Below are positions 10,950-22,687 of a stretch of 64,000 nucleotides of DNA, piece by piece; positions within the stretch are counted from its first letter, which is position 1, and each line of letters starts with the position of its first letter. The stretch is from NCBI GenBank assembly GCA_008632985.1, contig QPGO01000030.1, positions 62,001 to 126,000 of the forward strand, read 5' to 3'. The position numbers and the translations under genes are program-made. The stretch is from Psammoneis japonica (lineage: Eukaryota). Below the pieces are notes generated by a model. That model was not told where the DNA came from and did not search any database. It worked only from the letters and a program-made list of their open reading frames with translations.

Positions 10950-12665
10950 ATGAAGATTGTCATTGTAGGAGGTGTTGCTGCAGGCGCCAGTGCGGCTGCA
11001 AGAGCGAGACGTTTGGATGAGCGAGCTGAGATCCTTTTGCTCCAGAGTGGACCCGACGTCTCCTTTGCGTCCTGTGGCATGCCTTACTACATTGGCGGCG
11101 AGATTAGGGACCGCGGAAAAATGGCTGTGCAAACTCCCAAGAGCTTGCATGCGAGACTAAACATTGATGTCAAGGTGAACGTGCGAGTCGAGAAAATTCT
11201 CGTTGACGAACAGAAAGTGTCAGTAAAAGACGAAACTACGGGTGACACGACGACGGTGGATTACGATGAACTCGTCTTGGCGGTTGGTGCAGAGCCATTC
11301 AAGCCTCCGATCCCTGGCATTGACCGCAAAGGTCTCATGTCTCTCCGAAACTTGGACGACATGGACAATATAAAGTTCTGGATCGATACCAAGAAGAAGA
11401 ACAGTCCAGGAATGGAAATGCACTGCGTTGTGGCAGGTGCCGGCTTTGTTGGTCTTGAAATGGTGGAGCAACTCGTGAATCGGGGTATCCATGTAACTGT
11501 CGTGGAAATGTTGCCGCAAATTCTCGGTCCTTTGGATGTTGAGATGGCTGCAATTCTTCAGAAAGATCTAGAAGCGCGAGGCGTCACGGTCTTGACAGGC
11601 GATAGCATTGCAGAGTTCAGGCCATCTGACAACGGTGATAGCGACGACACGGTCGTGGTTCTCAAGTCGGGTCGCGCTCTTCCTCCTGCTCAAGTGACAA
11701 TCCTGGGATTAGGAGTTCGTCCCGACACCGCAGTCGCAAAAGATGCTGGAATCGAATGCACCAAGCGAGGCCACATTGCCGTTGACGACTCTCTTCACAC
11801 CTCAGCTCCGCACGTATGGGCCGCTGGCGACGCTGTTGAAGTTCGCAACCCCATACTTGGAGGAGACGCAAAGTGGGCCGTTCCGCTAGCCGGACCAGCT
11901 AATCGTCAAGGAAGAATGGTGGCTGACAACATCTACGGCAAGGGACGCAAGTTCAAAGGCACATACGCTGCTAGCTGCGTGAGAGTTTTCAATTTGCTGG
12001 TTGCTTGCGTAGGCTTGAATGAGAAGTTCCTTGCCGCAAACAATATGCCGTATGAGAGCGTCCATGTTCACCCTGGTAGCCACGCAGGATACTTCCCAGG
12101 CGCTTGCTCTGTGAACTTGAAGCTCATCTTTAACCCCGAGAACGGACAAATCTACGGAGCTCAAGCCGTTGGTGAGGACGGCATTGCCAAGCGTATCGAC
12201 GTCATCTCCACTGCAATGCAGGGCAAATTGACCGTTGAAGATCTTGCCGAGATTGAACTCTGTTACGCCCCTCCCGTTGGCAGTGCAAAAGACCCTGTCA
12301 ACATGGCTGGCATGGCCGCCCAGAACGTCATGGAAGGATTCGTGACCCAGATAGATTGGAAGGATCTTCCCGCGGCAGCACAAGATCCAGACACTATCAT
12401 TCTTGACGTTCGCGGTCCCTCTGAAATACTGAACAATGGAACACTCATTGAGGGGGCCCTCAACATTCCGCTCAATGACCTGAGGGGACGACTCGATGAA
12501 CTCCCCAGGGACAAGCGAATCATTGTTTCTTGTGCCTCAGGGCAGCGGGCGTACTATGGGTGTAGAATCCTCAAGCAGAGTGGCTTTGAACGCGTTGACA
12601 ACTTGAGTGGTGCCTTCAAGACGTATAGCAAGTCGCCGGTCTACATTTCAGGTGTTCCGAATTAG
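10950..12665 (+). CDS. CoA-disulfide/persulfide reductase with C-terminal rhodanese domain (CoADR-RHD / Npsr-type flavoprotein)
   Basis: GGVAAG FAD motif, SFASC redox cysteine, GAGFVG NAD motif, WAAGD, CYAPP dimerisation motif, rhodanese CASGQR. Intronless, 571 aa. Confidence 0.93.
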   Translation: MKIVIVGGVAAGASAAARARRLDERAEILLLQSGPDVSFASCGMPYYIGGEIRDRGKMAVQTPKSLHARLNIDVKVNVRVEKILVDEQKVSVKDETTGDTTTVDYDELVLAVGAEPFKPPIPGIDRKGLMSLRNLDDMDNIKFWIDTKKKNSPGMEMHCVVAGAGFVGLEMVEQLVNRGIHVTVVEMLPQILGPLDVEMAAILQKDLEARGVTVLTGDSIAEFRPSDNGDSDDTVVVLKSGRALPPAQVTILGLGVRPDTAVAKDAGIECTKRGHIAVDDSLHTSAPHVWAAGDAVEVRNPILGGDAKWAVPLAGPANRQGRMVADNIYGKGRKFKGTYAASCVRVFNLLVACVGLNEKFLAANNMPYESVHVHPGSHAGYFPGACSVNLKLIFNPENGQIYGAQAVGEDGIAKRIDVISTAMQGKLTVEDLAEIELCYAPPVGSAKDPVNMAGMAAQNVMEGFVTQIDWKDLPAAAQDPDTIILDVRGPSEILNNGTLIEGALNIPLNDLRGRLDELPRDKRIIVSCASGQRAYYGCRILKQSGFERVDNLSGAFKTYSKSPVYISGVPN

Positions 12666-13001
12666 AATTGAGATCGTTGCGTATTTACTCTAGTGAAACA
12701 TTCCATCCGACTGAGAAGGGATTCTACTTTCGAGAAATGATCTACTCTAGAAAAATTATTGCACTAGACTCTAGTTAAGCTTGCTGGGTGCCTGCAAAAC
12801 CTACTTGCAGCAAGTCGCCGGGGTACGTAGCGACTGTTCTTCCAATTAGACTTATCATTGTGCATCAAATTCATACGAAAGAAAACACACCAGGGTTTCA
12901 ACTATCTTAACTCTACATACTAAAGCTTTATTTGTTTGAGAGAGTGGCTTTACAAAAGAGAAAGCCATCTAAAAAGTGGATCTAGTGGCGCGTCGGACAA
13001 T

Positions 13002-14792
13002 TTAGACATTATACTGAACCAGCTCACTAGCAGGTGATCGTTCGTCCGGATCAATCACCAACATGCGTCGAAGCAAGCGAAGAAAAGGACCATCGTCCTT
13101 GTGAATGATAGATTCTAGAGGCAATGCCTTTCTCACAAAGGACGTTGACTCGCTGCTGAGAACGTCACCGACCTGGTGCCTTCCAGACGAATCAAACGCC
13201 CGTTGAGCAATTGGAGAGTTCTTGGCTCGTCTCAGTATGCGCCGTGAGAAGGGGCCAATAATACGTTCCATCAACGCCAAGTGTTCAATGTTATCGTGTG
13301 TCGCAAACAAAAGCTCTCCCATGTAGAGTTCGGCAAGGATGCAGCCGGCACTCCAAAGGTCACTTGGCCTTCCCCATCCCATGGAGAGGATAACCTCGGG
13401 AGCGCGGTACTGGCGCGTATTGACGACGGATGATTTCTTCTCGTCGTCGTATGTGGCACCACCAAAGTCAATAATCTTAATGTCAGTCGATTCTGGAATC
13501 TGATAGACCCGTCCACGCCACTTGTAGGATCGTTCCCGGTAGTTCATCAAGAGTATGTTTTCTGGTCAACACGGACGTGATTCAGAAACAACAAAAGGAA
13601 ACCACTCAGTTGAAATCACCGAAGACCATCGTTCAGAAAAGCGGCAAAATGAAAAGCTGCGTTTGCGTACCTGGTTTCAAGTCGGTGTGGATAAGCCGAA
13701 AGCTATGAAGAAACTCCAAAGTTTCCAAAAGCTGTTTGCAAAAGGGACGGACGCACACCATTGGAAACGGTTGGTAGCTATGCTTTTTCAAAAAGTCATA
13801 GAGGAGGGCCCAAGGTTTTCAAAAACAAGACAAAAGTGTCCACTGAATGTAAAGGCATCATGCATAATGGCACAGTGCGTGATCCCTCTGCCTCCCCGTC
13901 GATTGACGTCTCGGATAATGTCCGCTTCAATCAGCGCCGAATCATAGTATCGCTTCACATTGCGAACAATTTTGATAGCAACCCTACTCTCCCGACGCTT
14001 CCTCCTGGCTCTCTTGTTGCCCCGACTACGTGATCTGCGCTTTTTGAGATCCACACAGTCCAAGACACGGCCAAACGTGCCGCACCCAACCTCCCTTACA
14101 ATTCGAAAACGTTCTGCAACTACCGTGCCTGGTCCTCCTTGGAAATGTCCAATCGTATCATCCTTGCTAGACGAGGCAGATTCTCCCTTTTGTTGTTTCT
14201 TCTTTGGTGTTTCCTTCCGTACAATTGGCTTTTCCTGCTGTTCATCGTCACTTACAACCCCAGCCCGACGACTACGTGGAGACGGTGGTGGCGCCGCTGC
14301 TGCTTCATCACGTCGGGAGCTCCTACTGCTACTACTGTACGAATAGGAACTTCTAGATGATGAAGGGCTTCGACTACGATGGCGTCGACGGTAACGATCG
14401 TCGTTCGATGATTCTTCACGACGGTAATCCGGAGAACGCCGTCTCCCACGATCTCGTGAATAAGAACGGCGATACGGCTCATCATCCAAGCGGTGGTGAT
14501 ACCGATCCGATCTCCTATAATTATCTCTTGAATGAGATCTACGACGGCGTTTATGAGGTGGAGAGTAAGGACTGACGCTCCTGCTTCGGCGACGATACGC
14601 TGGACTGTGCGGTCTGCGTCGTTCGCCAGAGTAACGACGCGACGGAGATTCGGAATAGCTGCGGCGGCGGTGATAGTGGCGATCGTCTCCTCGTCGAAAC
14701 GAAGGTGAGCGCTCATGTCGATGTCGCTCTTGGCGTCCACCGCCTTCTCTGCTCCAACCACGATCCTGCCGATGATGCTGGTATCGGTCCAT
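13002..14792 (-). CDS. LAMMER/CLK dual-specificity kinase with RS-rich N-terminus
   Basis: GCGTFG, VAIK, HTDLKPEN (split by a GT-AG intron 13670-13562), DFG, TRQYRAPE, EHLALMERIIG. One-base frameshift near 13805 (GPS-LYDFLK). Confidence 0.92.
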
Positions 14793-15544
14793 TTCTCTTG
14801 TTATGATAGACAACAGAGATTGCAAGACTTTCAGACTTTCACGTTGTTTTGTTGTGCTGCCGCGTGTTGCGTGTTAGTTCTGCGGTTCAAAGTTTTTAGG
14901 TTTCTGAGGTGTGGTCGCGCGACGCGCGATCGATCGTTGTGCGTGCATTCGAGCGTGAAGATCAGCAGTAGTCTCGCGTGCTCTCCAGAAGATTGAATGA
15001 AGTTTAGTTAGTTTTAGGGCCTCTCTAGTAGCTAGAGTAGCTAGTTAGTTAGTTTTTGTGACAGTATTGTACTTAATTTTGAAGTTGCTAACGACGGTTT
15101 CATTGTGAGGCTACCAAACCTGTTTTCTCCTCTTTTACCGAGCACTAACCTTGGAATACCATCATCTATGCATCGTGTGTGCGGGTGGGGGGCTCAACAG
15201 GTAAGCTCGTTACTTGGAGCCAAGTTACCAGCAGAGGGGATGTGGAGGGTACGTTCAAAGATTATACTGGTATCGCAACATGAGAGGTGGATTTGGGGGG
15301 GGGGGGGTGAGGTTGGCTCTTCAACCACGGGAGGAGCGCCATTTGAGCGCAACGATAGTTGGCAACCGCCTGACGAGTAGTACTATTACACGACAACGAG
15401 GTAGGATCGTCACTTTGAGCCAAAGAAGCGATATGGTGGTGGACGCGCTAAGGATATTACCACGGGATATCGATGCCATAATAAGGTGGCGCTGAAGTTC
15501 CGGATGGTTCTTGAAACATTGACGATACTTTTTCTCCTACCTAC

Positions 15545-16330
15545 CTACGCATCTGCACCTCGTCGTTTGTCGGTCCACCAAGCCGGGATGTCTTCCTCCA
15601 TGGAATAGGATTTGGGAATTGTCCCATCCGGCAAGACACGACTGGACAACCATTGAATGAATCGCATAAAAGGCGATCCGACACTCCCATCCATGTCGAT
15701 TCCAAAATGATGCATCATTCCAAAAACCGCGCCCATCCCACCGGTAGTATCTCCCGTGAATCGATCCGTGACATATCCTACCGTTTGATACTCAATTTTA
15801 CCATTCTCATCCCATCGAACAGATCTCGACTCCGGTGGCGCAATCATGGCTTTTCCTGTCGGTGCAATCTCTCCCATGGTGGGATGTTGATATGGTTTTG
15901 CAAAAACTCCACGAGGTCGGACCATGTACCAAACTCGATTCGGTTCGATCGGATCGACACTGAACCCAAAAGTATTCATTGTGAAATCTTCAAAGGCATC
16001 AGAAGGACCGACTGCTGTAAGCGTATTAATCAAATCCTTTTTGGCAAGAGGTCCAATCACTGGTCCCCGAAAGACAAAATCGTCAGACCAATAGTCCGGT
16101 GATGGATTCTCCAAATACTCCTTTGTCATTTGAATTAACCTCTCGTCCGAATAGCAGTTTTGTTCACAGGATTTTGAATTAGAAGGAGAAGAGGCAAACA
16201 GTTTCGTTGTGCGGTGGTGTGGTCTCGTAATTGAAAATGCTTTGACCAACGCACTATCCACCTCACCAAGAAATAACAATGAAAGCAGGGTGAACGCAAG
16301 AGCAGCAGAGAAAACTCTCGGGGTCAGCAT
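15545..16330 (-). CDS. Conserved algal hypothetical protein (SnoaL/NTF2-like), probably plastid-targeted
   Basis: Signal peptide, then VKA-FS and a Ser/Thr/basic transit-like segment. DDFVFRGPVIGPL and GYVTDRFTG..GG.GAVFG motifs. Confidence 0.7.
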   Translation of the reverse strand: MLTPRVFSAALAFTLLSLLFLGEVDSALVKAFSITRPHHRTTKLFASSPSNSKSCEQNCYSDERLIQMTKEYLENPSPDYWSDDFVFRGPVIGPLAKKDLINTLTAVGPSDAFEDFTMNTFGFSVDPIEPNRVWYMVRPRGVFAKPYQHPTMGEIAPTGKAMIAPPESRSVRWDENGKIEYQTVGYVTDRFTGDTTGGMGAVFGMMHHFGIDMDGSVGSPFMRFIQWLSSRVLPDGTIPKSYSMEEDIPAWWTDKRRGADA

Positions 16331-16551
16331 CGTGAATGAGAATAACTTGTTATCACAGATGAAAGAAAAAGAAGAACGACAGACTTGGAACAGAACTTGG
16401 AATGCAACAAAGCTACAAGTACGAAAGTCAAAAGTGGATGGCACCGGCGATCGTCATCATTGTCAGACCTTTATTCCATTTTCCACAACCCACCACGCAA
16501 CACGCAGTGCGCGTTGCGCCTGCGCGCGCGCTCGCTTCGTGGCTCGATCAT

Positions 16552-18252
16552 AGCATGGGTGACTAAAGTCGATACGCAAGACTACAGGAGCGAAAAAAAC
16601 GCGCCGCAAACGACCAACGCCAACACAACCATGATGTTGATGGTTTGAAACGTTTTGAAAAACGAATCGATACAGCACCCGTGCCATTGCCACATGATTA
16701 CAAAACTTGCTTTCACCACGGGAATGCCCCTTCTTCGAGGTTCGCACGGTACGTACTTTCTACGAGACTTTTGTACCAAAGACTGATGAGAGCGCACCGA
16801 ATCTCTTCCTCGGTCGAGTCGCCATAATTTTCAGAATCGCTTCTGGTTCACAGGTCAACCATGAAAGTTATTCATAGCACCCTCTTCTTCACGGCCGTTG
16901 TCTCTACCATGAGCACTGGTGCCGTCGCCAACCCTCTTCCTGCCTCGCTTGTCAACGCTGCAAAGCGCGGTGCAAGCTCGTTTGCGATCAAGGCGACCGA
17001 GACTATTGCAACGATCCGTAAAGACATCCAAGGCAAGTTTATGGCTGTGATCACTCCCGTGGATATCGAAAGCGTCTCCAACGATTACCACAATATCGTC
17101 AGCAATGCCGCTCCCAGCACTACGCCCTTTGAAGAAACTCTCGTCGACTCGAGCTTCTGCGTTTCGTTTGACGACGCCGGGTCGCCCAACAGCTGGGTCC
17201 AACAACTCCTTCGTAACACGACCCCCACTATTGTACCAGTGGAAGCTTCAAACACGTTTTGCGTCTATTTTGAGAATGACAATGGGGACTCCAACGCCGC
17301 CAGTCTCTCACGAATCCTCCACAACAACACTCCGCTTCGAGAACCAACCGCATCGTCACTCAAGACCAGCACTTTTTTGGAAATTGTTTGGGAAATCAAG
17401 TCGGAAATGGCATCAGACACGTTCAGCACGGCTCTTTTGGATATTAAGTCAGGAATGCATCGTATTTGGAACCTTGTAGACGACATGTCGACACGCTTTG
17501 TCACGGAATTGCAGACTCAAGCGACCGTTTTGCAATTGCGCAATACTACTACTACGCAACTTCAGAAGCCAACTTTGTGGAAGCCCGATGATATCGAGTT
17601 CGGGCCGAGCAATTGGTGGAAGAGAGTCGAAGAAGTGTCAAAGTGGGTTCAGACTAGCGTCTCGCAAGGATTCAGGACGACTGCTGCGTCGTTGGGACAG
17701 AAAACCATGTCGACGATCGACGACTTTGGGTTGAGGGAGCACAAGTGGTGGAAGAGAATCCAAGACTTGTCGGAGTTGCTTCAAACCAGCGTTTTGCAAG
17801 GAGGCAAGACGACTGCTATGTTGTTTCAGAAGCCCGACGAATTCGAGTCGACGCTTGACAATTGTTCGAAGAGAATCGACGACATTCAGGCTGCCGTCAT
17901 GAAAGACATCAAGACGTTTTCGCGGCTTTTAGAACCCATTTCTGTGAAAGAGGTCATTGACAATTTGTGGAAAAGAGTAGACGACGTGTCCGAGCGGATT
18001 GAATCTGTTTTGGGCTTTTTACGAATCTCAACCCTGCAAGTGGGACAGAATGCAACCGAAGCGGTTGGGAGTCTCGATTAGCATCTTGGGACGCATAGTA
18101 CTAGTTAGTCACGAGGGGAAAAGTATAGAGCAATATTAATCATGCACCGTCACTACTTTAGCTAGTTGAAATACACAGTGCAATACTTGGAATCGCAGAA
18201 CAGTCCCTCCTTTAGCGAGTTGAATTGAGCGAGTTCTGAGAACTAGAGATTT
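16552..18252 (+). repeat. Left arm of a ~1.7-kb inverted segmental duplication
   Basis: Reverse complement of about 22688-24391, including upstream and downstream flanks. Confidence 0.95.
16861..18081 (+). CDS. Hypothetical secreted/targeted protein with helical WKR[VI] repeats (copy 1)
   Basis: Intact 406-aa ORF with a hydrophobic N-terminus, kept open in both duplicates. Confidence 0.8.
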   Translation: MKVIHSTLFFTAVVSTMSTGAVANPLPASLVNAAKRGASSFAIKATETIATIRKDIQGKFMAVITPVDIESVSNDYHNIVSNAAPSTTPFEETLVDSSFCVSFDDAGSPNSWVQQLLRNTTPTIVPVEASNTFCVYFENDNGDSNAASLSRILHNNTPLREPTASSLKTSTFLEIVWEIKSEMASDTFSTALLDIKSGMHRIWNLVDDMSTRFVTELQTQATVLQLRNTTTTQLQKPTLWKPDDIEFGPSNWWKRVEEVSKWVQTSVSQGFRTTAASLGQKTMSTIDDFGLREHKWWKRIQDLSELLQTSVLQGGKTTAMLFQKPDEFESTLDNCSKRIDDIQAAVMKDIKTFSRLLEPISVKEVIDNLWKRVDDVSERIESVLGFLRISTLQVGQNATEAVGSLD

Positions 18253-20609
18253 ATTCTACAGAGTGTAGTGTACCCTGGGTAATTTTGATTGCTCAATTGG
18301 ATGAATGCTATCATCGCTGTAGGACTGAATCCCATACAGGACTCGATCATTGTCAACCTGGATACAAGCACTCCAAAAAATAAAGCAGAAAGCCCGAAGC
18401 GAAGAGACAGGCCCAGACGAATCAGCACAAAGGCGCTTCGAAAGCGGGAGTGTTGAATGAATCACAGTCGAGTACAGAGGTCCGTGCAGCTGAAGAAGGC
18501 GCTAGCAGTTTGCTCAGTAGACATCACAAGCCAAGTGCAAAGCCACGTATGGCTTCCGGGTTGTCGTTGGTGCTGACAATCTTAATGTACTTGTCAACGA
18601 CACGCATTTGCAAGTTTGCATAGAGAGAAATTTCACAATATAAGCTTGACGAGTCCACGAGTCCTTCCGAGGTTGATCACAGAATCAAGCTACACGAGTA
18701 CTCACTTGCTGTTTCACGGTCAAGGGAAGTTAAGCAAGACAAGTACAATCCATCAGTCTACAAACAGCAGAGCGCATGATTTCTCCTCTAAGTCTAGCTT
18801 TTTCGATTTTTGACTTCCAGCTGGCTTAATTCAGCCAACGTCCCTGTTGATCCCGTATCCTTTTGGTCCCTCTTCATTGTTCCAAGGGCCAACACAGCCT
18901 CCGCCAAACCCAGAACAGCGCTCCATGACGAGTCAGGAGATTCGTATCTGTGCAGCTAGGCAAAACAAATGGCACGACGGACATGACGAACTAGTAGGTA
19001 TCCAGCGGCACAAACCCGGCCAGGACCTGGGACTCAAGCTTCCAAATATCAGCGTCCCACAATAGAAGATCTTGACGGTACAGGTGGTGAATGGTTGGCC
19101 TTCGGTATTGTTCAGACTCAACGACCTGTTGTGCGACTGACGTGTAGGCGTCGTTTCGATTCCCCAGAGAGTAGTATTCTGCGCGGTGAGAATGAAACGC
19201 CGTGCTTGAAGTTCTGCAGATATGAAAGAGCAAGAAAAAGGGTCAACATGATGAGTGCAACTACCGCAAGTCATCCACAATGTCGCCACCCACACTACTT
19301 ACATCAGCACTCTGTCGTCCAATGCATTCTGAAAGGCCGCACTCGCCGCTCGGTGAAAATTGATTTCTCGATCAAACGAGCACGTTACAATTATGGATTC
19401 ACCGAGCTCCGCTACGTCTGGTTTCAAGTCAGAGGGAGCATAGGATAGGCTCGTGCAAACGCCCGGCATGCCGCATCTCTTGCGTGCGCTCCAACGCTGC
19501 TGTGGCCTCGACGGACATCCTACTGCACAACAAAGAAGAAAAGAAGGATAAGCTCTAGAGTGAATACTTGCGAGCACCTCCAAACCATCATGACTCAACA
19601 ACACGCTCTTCACCAATCTCACCTGTATCGCGTTTACGACGACCCACACCACATCTTGTAATCGATTGGGCAGGGAGCAAGACAATACGGTAGCCAGCCC
19701 CATCCTTTCTTGGATGTTCAAACTTTATCAACAAGGAGATAAGACATCGTCGGCACAAACCGAGGGTCATCTCTCTGTGATTCGCCCTATACCCTTGGCT
19801 TCCGACCATCGAATATCGGTAGCAGAGCATCCGTCAAGGACGCCATCGTCTTCGACGAGATCAACCACCTCCATTAACCAGGCTCCGCTTTCGTCGCAGT
19901 CTTGCGCCACGGAGGTTGACATGTCGTTGTGAACCGATTCTTCTGGTGGCGGCGCTGTCTTGGTAGCGCTAACGCTAGACTAGGTTTTCAGCAGCAACAA
20001 CCTTCCCACTCAGGGCAGCGAGTGAGCACATGCCATGCGAGCAAACCACTTTTGTTTGCATGAGCTCCATCATTAGAGATCAATTGGAGCATGTTTTGCA
20101 AATACCCACCATGCACTGCATGACTCCCATTTTAGAAGTATGAATCCGCATCCGGTTCTTGAAGAATGATGTCTTTGGAATAGCTTTAGAGTGCTTTGAG
20201 GTGAGATTGCAACTCCGGTCTCGACAACCAAGAAGCCAAACACCAGGCTGCCGTTTCACAAGGTAGGGCATGGTTGTTTGTTCAGAACAAACATTGTTTG
20301 TCCAACTTGATACAGATTTCCAACACATCCACAGATAAACAGATTCTCATTCCGCATCTTGTTGCTGCTGTAAAGACTTGTTGTGCTCCTCTGGCGTCAT
20401 TAGCATTGGTTCAACATCGCTCAACTCGTGTGATCAAGTCGAATTTTCTTGCGGCCTTGTTTTCGAGCTGACTGTTGTAGAAACCATTTTTCAACACATG
20501 GATCAAAAGTCATGACCATTTGTGTACAGTTCAGCGCAAACAGCAAGCACAAAAGAAAACACAAAAATGATGCTCGCATTTCTTCTGGTTCTTCTTGTAC
20601 CAAAATACA

Positions 20610-21979
20610 ATGGGGACGAGATTAAGTCGAAGTAATGCAAAATACGGTTAGACGGGACGGGCTGTAGCTAGCAGCATCGTCCATCATTCCATCATTGTCG
20701 TTTGCAGGTGAAGTGAAGACTGAAGAAGCATCATCCATCGTCAAGTCGTCCGTCGAATCTGGGCGGACGCGCTCTATGGATAGCGTCTTCGCATCGCTCC
20801 CATTTTCATTTCGTTCACCGTTCACCATGATGGCTGCATCTTCCGACGATAGCACCAACGCTTGCCGCAATTTGTCGATCAATCTAAAAGATGGGTCAGG
20901 TCAAGTAGTGTATACACTTCGCGGTTTAAGAAACGATGATGAAGTAAAATCATGGGTGAGTGTCTCTCTATGGTGGTGTTGTGCTTTTTTTCTGTCGCCA
21001 AAGACCAACGCATCGTTTTGCTCTACTCTTTGCAGGCGGCCTTTTGTGCGAATTGTTTTTCCTACAAACCCAATCCTCCTCCCGTAGAATACTTTGAACG
21101 TCATTTTTTCAATGATCCCAATCGCAAAGCCTCCTTTATTCGGGTGGCAATCGAAAACGAAACGAATCAAATTGTATCTTCTGTGCGTATTTTTGTACGT
21201 TGCATATCCACGGGCAACAAAAATTGCTTGGCGGGGGGTATTGGTGAGGTTTGTACGCTCCCCAATCATCGTCAGCGTGGATTGTCAAAGGCGCTGCTTC
21301 AAGATGCCATTGAAATCATGATGAATAAGCAAAATAACATGAGCTTGTCGCTGTTGCACGCGGCGCCAGCCTTTTTCCCCGTCTATCAAAAGGTGGGATA
21401 CTCGAATGTTACGTCACGATGGTCTATTGTGACTATAGATATGTCAAAATGTATCACTGAAACAAACGACTATGGTGTCCGTTTGGCGGACTTTTCGACG
21501 GATACTGGTCGATTGCAAGTGCTTCATCAACGCTACTCGGAGGAACGTTTTGTGGGTGCATAATTCGTTCTCGTCCGTATTGGAACGAATATCTACAGCA
21601 TGAATTAAAAGGAAGCTTGTGGGTTCTGGAGAATCGTGACTTGCAGATTGCGGCTTGGTTGTCTATTCGCGTCAAGGGTGGTCGTCACGTTGTTGCTGAA
21701 TTTGGTTGTGACGATTCTATTCCACTTCAATGGCCATGGCGTTGTTGTTGCCACGGGCAGTCAATGAGAAGCAAAAATGCATTGAATTGCGTATTCCGAC
21801 ACGTGTCCTGGACGAATTGAAGGACAAGCCAGAGACTGATTTTTTGGATGGGACGACAGAAACTAGTGATGACGATGACGGATGGATGTATCGATCTTTG
21901 CAACCAGAGGTCTTCGCTCAGCATGGCCGAGATTAGCAGTGCTTGTCCTCATTTGATTTGGCCATCTGATTCGTTCTAA
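20610..21979 (+). CDS. GNAT-family N-acetyltransferase
   Basis: GGIGEVCTLPNHRQRGLS acetyl-CoA motif and SLLHAAP..PVYQKVGY. Introns about 20647-20707 and 20957-21035. Ends HLIWPSDSF*. Three apparent frameshifts (~21557, ~21727, ~21910). Start uncertain. Confidence 0.8.
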
Positions 21980-22687
21980 CCACGACCGGCAAATAAGATA
22001 CGTATACCTTTCAGACTTTTAAGCTTTTTCATAAGGTTTGAGAATGTGTGTGAAGTCTCACACCAGCTCTGGAGATACATCTTCGCTCTCGCCTTGTCAA
22101 AGTTGCATGGTTTCGTTTTGGTCCACTCCCTCTCTAGGTTAGGAAGGTATAGGCATGTTGAGTGCTGCTCCTGTTGGTCATGGGTTGGTTAGATAGAAAG
22201 TTCAAACCTCAACGTCCTTTTTGGTGGACCAAGGCGAAAACGAGATTCAATCTGGATTTTCATACCCCGACTTTCCATGCCGCAGCATGTCGTGATGCCT
22301 TCTAGTACTCGCAGCAAGAAAATACACTCATCTTGGATATTAACTGCCCTCGTGACGAGTAAGGAGTAGAGCGGGATAGGACTGAACACACCTTGAACCT
22401 GAATGCAGGTATCGCAATTTCAAACTGCGCTCTACGGAAAATGTTGACTAAACGAATATTCCGCGCTGGCAGCAAGATAAGAGCGGAGAATCCTCTTCGC
22501 GATGGGTATCCATACCTTTGGACAACGTTTCCATGAGCCGCCGCAGCGTTCATACACCTACACAGCTAAACCCTCGTATCCCGTATTGCATGTCTTGATC
22601 GGCACTAAACTAGATATTTCAGTAGCATCATTCATTTCTTCCCATAGCAATCAAAACTGCCAGAGTACAGTACATCCTCTCTAAGAC

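Noticed and set aside
14252..14761. Alternative-frame and antisense ORFs over the RS-rich kinase N-terminus and other genes
   Set aside because: Shadow ORFs of real coding sequence.
15000..15310. TAG/TTAG-rich tract and a G run, as possible telomeric or G4 elements
   Set aside because: Short, irregular low-complexity sequence with no regular telomere unit.
18250..20600. Possible decayed WD40 or other pseudogene in the inverted-repeat spacer (CILKGRTRRSVKIDFS, DLLLWDA)
   Set aside because: Motif resemblance is too weak and lies on inconsistent strands.
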